Below, one piece after another: positions 22,401 to 31,700 of a stretch of DNA of 35,067 nt. The notes below the pieces were generated by a model. The model ran no database searches. It worked only from the letters and a program-made list of their open reading frames with translations, and was not told the origin of the DNA. A program made the translations under genes and the position numbers. Positions within the stretch are counted from its first letter, which is position 1, and each line of letters opens with the position of its first letter. The stretch is from the NCBI GenBank assembly GCA_000708835.1, contig DF237714.1:1-35067 (forward strand), in the 5' to 3' direction. This DNA comes from Klebsormidium nitens (lineage: Eukaryota > Plantae > Klebsormidiophyceae).

Positions 22401-25223
22401 TCGCAATCCAGAAAGCATGAGCCGAGACACTGTTGAGCGCTGGCTTCCAAACGGGCGTTGCAGAGGACCCGCTCCCAGTCGAAAGGCTGTTTCTCCATCA
22501 GCATCTTTCCATCAAAAGGAGACTTAAGAGGTCCCATTTATTTTCTAAATCCTGATCTTTGATCTTTTTCTGTCACCCGACACTCTCTCCCGTCGGCCCA
22601 GGTTTCATTATTTCATTGTTTTCAAGAGAGATAATAATAAGCCAAGATAATAGTAAACCCCGACCAACACTAACAGATCACACCAAAAAGACACCTGCTC
22701 CGCACCCATACCCACCCTAACCACCAGACTAACCGTACCCGTCCCAGTGCGGATTGATACCTTATTATCATCTCGGCTTATAATTATCTTTCTTGAGTCC
22801 AATCCAGGTTTCGTCCGCGGTCCTGCTGACGGTCGCCGGCACGCTGCTGGCGGGCTTCTTCGACCTGAGCTTCGACCTCGCGGGCTACGCTATGGCCTTC
22901 ACATCCGTCCTGCTCCAGGTGAGCCGCCGCCTGACAGAGTTATTACTTTTCTGGACCGGTTTCAAGCTGGGAGTGCCGCTTTGACGCCTTATGCGCGCAG
23001 CGCGTAAATCCACGTTCTGTCGCTTAAGAGGCGGTCCTTCGGCTGATGCCTCAACGGCTGTGGAGAGAGCGGAACCACGGCAAGAGGTGTGTCATTCTTT
23101 CCCCCTCAAGTCGTGAGTTCCACCAATACCTAAGGGACGTAGTACGGCGGTTCACACGAGAACAGCGAGTTTTATACCTTGTCCAGCGTTCATCAAAAGA
23201 GGAAGCGCCACAGTCATTCCCTAAAGGCCTCCCGTGACAGTATCTAGTCCCCCTAGCGACTGCTACTTCCTCGATTCAACCCATTGTACTGACAGGCGGG
23301 TTATCCGCTGACGGTGGAGAAAAGTGGTGCGGCAGAGAGCCTTGCCACCAACGAGCTCCTTGTGTGATGACCTCGCTAACCAAATCTCTACCTATCCCAC
23401 CTCTCTGTCATGCCAAGATTGCGACTAACCTAACCCACTTTCTGCCAGGCGGGCTATTTGTTGATGGTGGAGAAGAGCGGCGCGGAAGAGGGCCTCCACC
23501 GACGAGCTCCTTGTTTGGTGTCCTCGCGAACCAACTCTAACGAACCCCACCCACTTTCTGCCAGGCGGGCCACTCTAACCAGCTATTGCTAACCTAACCC
23601 GATTTTCCGACAGGCGGGTTATCTGCTAATGGTGGAGAAGAGCGGCGCTGAAGAGGGCCTCAACACCAACGAGCTCCTTCTCTACAACAGCGCCATGTCG
23701 CTGCCGGTGCTGCTGGTCATCGTCGGCGCCTCGGGGGAGCTCTCGCGAGCGCACACTGCCTTCGGAATCCAGGTGGGAGGATATTCCCCGGCATTACGAT
23801 GCGAGCGAGTTTTTTGCCTCGTCATTTCGTACTCGTGGGCGCTTCGGCAGAGCCGCTCTCAAAATTTAGGTGCTCTAGGTATAGCTTACGCTCAGCCGAC
23901 CCCGCGTTTTGGGGGTCGTCTTGCTCCAATTTCGCGCTTCGGGAGAGCTCGCTCACGCAGACACGCTGTCTAAACGCTGTCTTTGTTTGAGTGTCTGAAT
24001 CCAAACTGTTTTAGTGCCAGATTGTTTAAGGTGCAGAAGCCAAACGACACGGTTCTTGCATGCAAAAATGCCTGAGCACGCAAGTTTCAAATCTGTTGAG
24101 GGTTTTACAAGTGTTCGAAGTCGATTTGATTGGAGTAGACACCAGATGACCCCACGAATATGTATGTTGAGTTTGGGCGTTTTGCTTCCGTGGGTGGGAA
24201 CAAGGAGTGATTGACTTGACAATCAAAATTTGGGGGCGTCCTTTCCATCTTTGTTGGAGGCTAGCGAAGCTACACTAACACACGAAAGTGCTCGTAATTG
24301 AAAAACCAACGGTGTCTTTCCCGTCGCAATGGTTGCCCTCTTGTGCTCCTCTCGATGTTCCTCATCTTCCTCTCAAGACACCCAGGGCCTGGTATTTTCA
24401 ACCCCGAAATTGTCTGTAGATTGACAAACGATATATGTAGATCGAACATTCCTAAATTCAGAAAAGATTGTAAGTTTCCACTATGCACGTTCGTATATTT
24501 TTAAGAAAAAACAATCTTTCTAGGATCATCTTTGCTGCCTTCTGCAAACCCCTTGCAGATGCTCGCCTCACCCGAGGCTCCTCATCTCACCCCCTATTAA
24601 AGCCTCAAGGCCCTTTAATCCAAAAGCCGCCATTGTCAACTCCCTACTTTTTTTGTCAGGTTCCAGGAGCTTGATGAGAGTATTTCGTGACCGTTGGAAA
24701 CCCCTCGCAGATGCTCTCGTCGTGGACGTTTTTCCTGCTCCTCGTTTCCCTCTTCCTACATCCTGAAGACCCGGAAACTCGAAATGGTTCCTTTTCGACG
24801 GTTTCCCTCGTTGCCCTCCTCCTAATCCTGGAAAACCTGGAAACCCGGAACTCGAAACGGTCAATATCTTTGCAGATGCTCTCGTCGTGGACATTTTTCC
24901 CGACGCTCCTCGTCTCCCTCCTGCTGGGCAGCCTACTCAACTTCACGCTCTTCCTTAACACCCTGGTTAACAGCGCGCTGACCACAACGATCGTCGGCGT
25001 TTTGAAAGGTGTTGTTAGCACGGTGTTGGGCTTTTTCCTTCTGGGGGGGGTCAAGCTGACCCTCCTCGGGTTGTTCGGGATTCTCATTAACACCACGGGG
25101 GGAGTGTGGTATTCGTTTGCAAAGTTTTACGAGAAGCGGGGGCAAGCGGCCCGGCCAAAGGGGGAGGGGGTTGCGAGCGAACCGCTGTTGCCGGTTTCGA
25201 CTAATCCAGGGCCCCGATCATGA
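19458..25223 (+). CDS. UGNT1: Nucleotide-sugar transporter (SLC35D-like, UDP-GlcNAc transporter UGNT1-like), 8 exons, ~347 aa
   Basis: Exons 19458-19549, 20236-20377, 20998-21064, 21414-21450, 22053-22140, 22808-22918, 23614-23772, 24876-25223; total 1044 nt, frame continuous. Motifs YGAMSVSMAFVNK, LYNANVAFALASL, PMYVTLKRLTP, VEKSGAEEGL, LNFTLFLNTLVNSALTTTIVGVLKGV and NTTGGVWYSFAK match the plant family as recalled. Substrate is inferred. Confidence 0.9.
23281..23613 (+). repeat. Three partial copies of the transporter exon-7 acceptor and exon start
   Basis: cag|GCGGG at 23293, 23446 and 23562, versus the real acceptor at 23611. The copies carry CTAAC/CTGAC branch-like motifs. Confidence 0.93.
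24547..24875 (+). repeat. Partial copies of the transporter exon-8 acceptor and exon start
   Basis: gcag|ATGCTC with ATG at 24559 and at 24711, versus the real ATG at 24876. Confidence 0.9.
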
Positions 25224-26117
25224 GGGTATAACCTGCCGTCTTTCTGTGCCGGCTCATACGACGAAGCCTTGTCCATAATAGACGCTTACACTGTCTCAGG
25301 ATATACAGAGTACCGCCGGAATTGCCGTTTCCGGAACATGAGGATTGCCAACAGGTTCCCTCGCTTTATGGCAGCAGCTAATATTGATCAAGATACAGCT
25401 TTTATTGAGGAGAACCGCTGGCGTCTACGTGGAATGTAAAACTCAACAGGCGCCCTGCGCCCCCTGCACCAGCAAGCAGTGTGCAGATTCGACTGAGAGG
25501 CAGCTCTGAAGAATATATCCAAGGTTTTCAGAAACTGTCTGGCAAACCTGCCAACATGCTAGATTAGTTGCATGCATGTTAGTCTCAGTTATGGCAGTGC
25601 ATTGCCCTGCGGCGGTTTCAGGGCGCCGATCGATCAGAACCCAGGAGGAATCAGCCCAATTACAGGGCACAAGGATTTAGCGAGCAAGTGGCCACGCGCA
25701 CAGTATGCATGTACACCAATCGTCCAACAGCTTGTCTGTTACTAATTTGCTGCATTGAACCGCTGTTTTTTTAACTCGCATGCCGCGCGCGGGCCCGGGC
25801 GGGACGGTCTTATAGAGCATTGGCCGATCGCTTACTAGCAGCTGTTCACCGCATGATCACCACATGATCGCAAGCATGATGATATTGCATCCGGGCGGCG
25901 CGGGCCAGCGTACAGTCGAACTTGCTCATCAACATTGATCGAAACCAAAATTGGAAGTAGAGACGGTGTGTCTGCATGACCGTGAGTCGTGCAACACATC
26001 ATCACACACGCGTTGAATTGAGCACAGCTGCGAAATTCATCAATGATGCAATATCTCACCGAGCGCGTCGTAATGAGAGGCAAGTTTTGAATTTGATGTA
26101 AGGAGTCAGCATAATCA

Positions 26118-28104
26118 TCAAGTTTCTTCGCCATCCGTGTCAAAGTAAGACAAGTTCACTGTCTTCGCTTTTTTTTCAACCGGCCCAACCGGCGCAGATG
26201 CGGACTCCCCAGCGATTCCGTCAGCTTGTTCCCCGCGGTGCTTCCGCAGATTACTCTTCCCCGCCTTCCCCGCCACTTTCGTCTCACCCTTCTCTTCTTT
26301 CTTACTCCCTTCTTCCCGTCCCGTTGTTGTCTCTCCTCGCCCATCTGCAGCCGGCACGTTCTTCGCCATCCGACTCCCCTCCTTCGCACCGGCTTCTTCA
26401 TTCGTTTGTCCCTCCACTTCGTTCCTCCCACCATCTACAGGTTGCCCCTCCGCTTTTTCTTTTTCCACGTTCTCATCTTCCGTCTCCCCTTTGCTTTTAC
26501 CAGCGTCCTCTTTCTCCTCAGCTTTTTGACCCGTCCCTGTTCGCAGCGCTTCCGCCACAGCTTCGTCCTTGGCTAGATCCAAGGGCGTCTGTCCCTGCTT
26601 GTTTGTCGCAGCAGTATCGGCGCCTTTTCGAACCAACGCAGCGACCATCTCGGCGTGCCCCCCTCCTGCCGCAAAGTGGAGCGGCGTCATCGCCTTTCGC
26701 GTGCGCACATTCACTTTCGCTTTGGCGGCCAGGAGCGCCTTCACGGCCGCCAGGTGGCCTCTCTGAGAAACATGGGGACGACCAAGACTCAGCAGATCCG
26801 ATAGAAACATTAGAAGGAACATCGACAAGGCAAAGAATGAGAGTCGAGTGTGAATATATGAGTGTCAACGAAAGCCTGCACAATTTCCTTGTGAAAAGAA
26901 GATGATAATGACATGGTAAAGTCAGGACTGCAGCACGGCGGATAGTCGACCAAGCAAGATCTGTCCGACTTTCACATATGACAGGCCATGAGAACCCAGG
27001 CGCCTCACCGCCAATGTCTTCATTCCCATTTGACTCCTTACAAACACTTGCTCTCTTTGCTAATGTGGGACCACTATTTTCAAGCAGCAAGGGACCTCCA
27101 CCTTTGAAGCAGAGGAAAGCAAGCACTGTAGCAGCACCCGCTAAAAATTTGAAAAGAAGCTTATTTCAAACTTCAAAGAGTGAAACAAAACAATTCCTTG
27201 ACTTATCGAAAGGGGTGAGAATATTCAGGGAAGAAGTGAATTGACTTCTTCTCTGACTTCTCACCAAGGTGAACATACGGCTTCACATCTTCAGCTGCAA
27301 TCAGAAAAGTTGGTCAAACATTCTCCCTTGACTGATCCCTTGACATCTTCCCTGACTCCTCACCAAGGTGAGCATACGACCTCATTTCCCTCAGCTGCAA
27401 TTTGAAAAGTTACTCAAACAAGCAACAAAAGAAGCTGGAATACCAATCACCTGGCTTGCAAAGTGTAGCGCCACCATGTCATCGGCGGCAGCCGCGTTCA
27501 CTGCGGCATGGTGGTCACAGAGTAGCTTAATGGCCTCCGCATGCCCCGCCCATGCAGCAAGATGCAGGCTGAGCGGGCGGCTGTCAAGGAGAAAAACCAA
27601 GATACATAGCCGATGTGAAACAAGGCCAACAAGCCTTGTCACGTGGCTGAAAGTAGAGGGCACAGCTGGATCACCATGCTGAAGTCTTCTTGCTTCGATC
27701 ATATGTGATGGTTGTCACTGGGGACTTGGCCAATCAGAGTCCAAGCAGTATCAGGCTTGCAGGATAGCAGGGTCTCTAGTGCAGCTAAGCCAAGCCATAA
27801 CAGCTGTATTCTCAACCAGAGTACCTTTTTTCCTGCAAGATGTCACATGGTCCTAGATATGTCCTCTCGTTTTTGTGCACAATCTGAGGAAGTGCAAGCT
27901 AGGCTCCCTCTTGTAAAGGAAGTTAACAATCAAAGGAGCAGTGACATGCAAATAGCACACGAATCTGAAGTGTCTCCATATGCACAAACCGTGAGGATAC
28001 GGAGTCCTGTTCAGCTTGTCCCTCTCATTGACATCAGCACCTTCAGCAATTGCTCGTGTGAGCCCTGGCAGGTCGCCACTCCTTGCTGCAGAATGGAATG
28101 CCAT
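26118..28104 (-). CDS. Ankyrin-repeat protein with charged low-complexity C-terminus, 3 exons, ~288 aa
   Basis: Exons 28104-28001, 27568-27451, 26762-26118; frame continuous: FHSAARSGDL...RDKLNRTP|LHLAAWAGH...DDMVALHFASQ|RGHL...TPLHFAAGGGH...GQTPLDLA. Resembles a conserved plant ankyrin family. An acceptor sits immediately upstream of the ATG, so a 5' UTR or further coding exon is possible. Confidence 0.9.
27254..27420. repeat. Diverged ~100-bp-period tandem duplication in ankyrin intron 2
   Basis: 27254-27320 and 27353-27420 share tgact(t/c)ctcaccaaggtga(a/g)catacg...tcagctgcaat..gaaaagtt..tcaaaca. Confidence 0.85.
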
Positions 28105-28718
28105 GCTGGGAAACCAGGTGGATTTGAACCTTGGTGAGTAAACGAAGTCAAGGCCTGCAAAAAGCGGCGCTCACATCTAATTCAAAGCATGCATTCCTGT
28201 GCACAATGCAGCAGAAGGTAGAAGGGCAGCTTTCCCAGAAGCTAAGAAAAGCGCCTTAGAGCTGACAGAATCAGATTGTGAATAGCTAGAAAAATCATCT
28301 GCAATACTAAGTACTGCCCATACTACTACCTAGGGGGTGCCTTTGCCTGTGCCATACGAATGCGAGCAGGGCTCCAAATTCCAATGCCAATGGCAAGGGC
28401 TCCCTCCTCGTTCCATTCGATTTGCTTCAAACCCACACACTAACCAAGCAGAACATTTCTCATGAATCGAACCATTTCCGAGTGCATATTTCCACATCAG
28501 TTAGCCACTTTCCTTTCAACGTGAGTCCAGGGTTTGTACTTGGTTACGGATATAACCCATTGTCTATCAGAGTCTCTCTGGAGTTCGTTCCTGAGGCAGT
28601 CGAGAGAAAGTCTCGAGAAAGTCACTTCAAGAAGGTCGTCATTGAAGTTCATCACAAAGAAATTGCTTTCAATCATCCAGACCCCGTTCTGCAAGTGCTT
28701 CTGATTGCACCCTCGACT

Positions 28719-31700
28719 ATGGAGGACGCAGGTGCCAGCCCGAATGCCAGTGCGAAGGAGGCCGTTGATTACGCTGTGTGGCCACCGAGCCAGCAGATGA
28801 GGGACCGCCTGGTGGAAAGGATTGCAACCAACCTGACAGCAATGTCATTCTTTGATGAGAAGGTGAAGCAGACAGAGTGTCCGTGTTTCGGGCACCATGG
28901 TTAATCTCAAACTATGTTAAAGCGTCATGAGAGTGTGTGGTCCTTACATTGCCACCGGATCCAGAACCTGTGGGGTTGCATTGTTACATCACTTCCAGTT
29001 CCTGGTTCGTCCAGTTAGTTCTGTATTCAACTCTTATGAATCACAACTCATATCGCATTGAAGTTTAAACGGGTGTGACAAAGTCACACATTCCTTTGAT
29101 GCTTCAGAATCATCCCAAAGAATTAGCAGATCTGACTGTGGCGGTATCTTTACTTTGCAGACAGAGCGCATTGATGACAAAGCAGCAGCTGCGTCTGCTG
29201 CAAGGATTGAATCCACTGCCTATGCGGCAGCGGAGACCGCCGGCTCTGGTGCTCTGAAGGAATATGCGAACAAGGCGGCAGAGTTGGTGCTGGCAGAACT
29301 GCAGCAGAAGTCTGTCGCGGCCGCACCACCAGCAAAGGCACCGACCAATGTGGTAAGCCTGTGAGACTGACGAGCGCAAGTCTTTTGTCGACCTCAGCAA
29401 TCAAAGATCTTAAGCGCATTGCAATGAACAAGATGCGATACATCTCGCCTATACTTTGCCATGTACCAGGTTCCTAGTATTTCCAGGCTCTGTCCTTTGA
29501 TAAGGGCCTCTTGGAGCAAGCAACCTCCTATCCACAATCCCAGCCTTGATTTGATCAATCTGCTTTGCATTGATACCTCTCTATTCCATGGCCTCCTACA
29601 GTTTGACGTTTCTGGAGGGAAGCGGGAGAAGGTGGACACAAAGGCAGCTGCAGAGGAGCTTCTGAAACCGATCTTGACAGCAGAACACTCGTACACAAAA
29701 GTATGCCTCCTGGACGACTTCCGCACCAATATATCATAGCTGACGTTTCTAAGTTTGCTTGCCTCTTCCTGGTCGGTCTGCAAATAGGCCAATCCAGGAG
29801 TGAGCGATCCTCTTCCAAGGGGCTGAAGTCCTCTTACTGGCCACTCGGAACTTTGTGCCCCAGTACATAGCCACTGCATTGTCAATCAAAGTTTTGCTGT
29901 TGACATTGTGCGCTCCCTCTTGTCAAATCTCCCTAGTTCTTCAAGAGATAAAGCCGACGGACAACATCAGTGCTTATAAGTTGGTTTATTGTGCAGGTTG
30001 TTTTGAGCAACAAGAGTTTCAACCAGGAAGGAGCGCAAGTGGTAGCGGCTGCTCTGGCAGCGTCCAAAGCACAGTTGACGGAGGCTGATTTGAGTGACAT
30101 CATTGCGGGCCAAGAAGTGAGTGACGAGATGCTCCTGACTTTGCTATGCAGCAAACCAAAAAGCACGCCGTGCTTTCATTACTCAGCATCCAAGAATCTT
30201 TCAATGCGGCACGGTATGAACAAATAGGTTCCCTAAGCAGGGAATATGACTTCAAACACACCTGTGTTCAAACTGGAGATTGGCACAACCGGACCGGTCA
30301 CTCTGTCGTCAGGGCCCGTCCGCAAGGCATCTTCAAGAGTCCCTGCAATATGGATGTTGTGTTTCTTGGCGGTGTTTACTGATGAATCGATAGTCAGCGG
30401 ACAATGTTAGTTGAGATGAGCAATTTCTCAATTGGAACTGCTCCCCGCCTTCTGTTATGAAGGAAAAGGAGGCACTCCGTGTGCTGGAGATCATCACGGG
30501 TGCTTTGATTGGCAGCAAGCTGCAATCCCTGAACCTGAGCGACAACGCGCTCGGGGAGAAGGGAGTTCGAGCGGCAAAGGCCATCTTCGAAAACCAGGTG
30601 ATTTTATTGCGGAAATCGATTCAAAGATTGCATATCCGTCCAGGAAAGAACTATGATAATGATGTTCTACGAAGAAATGCAGGTGTGACTTTCAAAGCTG
30701 AAATTAACCAGGAGGAATTCAGCATGGTATTCTGATCGCATCATGCAAGCTAGATACTGCCTGTCCCGGCTTCCATATGTTTCCTTGGCAAGGAGCAGGC
30801 TGTTCCCAGAATCGTGCAGTGAGCAGTTGATGCAGTGGGAAAATCGGCAACCACTGAATTGGGTTAAAAGGCAAAATATCTTCTGCAATTTTGCGATCTC
30901 TCCAAATCTCGCATGCTGCAGCAAGCTCTGGGCCGGCGGATTTATCAAGTATTTGGTTGGCATCGTCGCGTTTGCATATGGAGCACACTTCATCAGTGTG
31001 TCATCTGAATTGACGGAACAGCGCATTCCTTCGTTTGAAGTTGCAACTTACGCTTTGCAGAGCTCGTTGCAACATCTTTACTTCTGCAATAACGGCATCT
31101 CGCCCGAGGCTGCCGCAGCGATCCACGAACTGCTGGCCGCGCCCAAGGAGCTCCGCACCTTGCACTTCTACAACAACATGAGTGGTAGGTTATACTTAGG
31201 TGATACTACTTTGTTTGCAAAGTTATGCGCCTCGTCAAACATTGACGCAACAATTGGAGCTCAACTGGGACGAATGCCGCTTGTCCTAGTCATTTTGGCC
31301 ATGACAAGGTTTGCTCGTATCTGTGGCTTTTCGAGCTCTATGCCGGAGGAGTCTTCTTGAATCACGTCGACTGACAAGTGTGAAAGCTCGTCTGCGGTCC
31401 TCCCAAGCATGGGGTTCATTTTAAAGTAGAGAACTCAACTACGTACTTCGATTTCAAACAACTGGTGTATCTGCGTGTTCTTGGACCAGGGACGGGAGTC
31501 GACGACTCAAGCAAGTTGGATCGATCTAAGCCGGATGCGAACAGCCCGCAGTCTCAAACGATACTCTCCTTGTATGCAGGTGACGATGGGGCAAAGATTC
31601 TGGCGAAGGTCGTGACCGCTGCACCAGTGCTCGAGGACTTCCGCTTCTCTTCGACGCGGGTCGGAAGCGAGGGTGGTGCGGCGCTGGCATCCGCGCTACT

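Noticed and set aside
23281-23613. Repeat-spacer-like layout suggesting a CRISPR array
   Set aside because: The repeats are diverged exon-start copies with irregular spacing in a eukaryotic intron; no cas genes are present.
23936-23970. Weak resemblance to the transporter exon-7 interior (gcttcgggagagctc)
   Set aside because: Only ~13/15 nt match, with no splice site; could be chance.
26198-26905. 235-aa and 116-aa plus-strand ORFs
   Set aside because: Antisense shadows of the purine-rich ankyrin exon 3.
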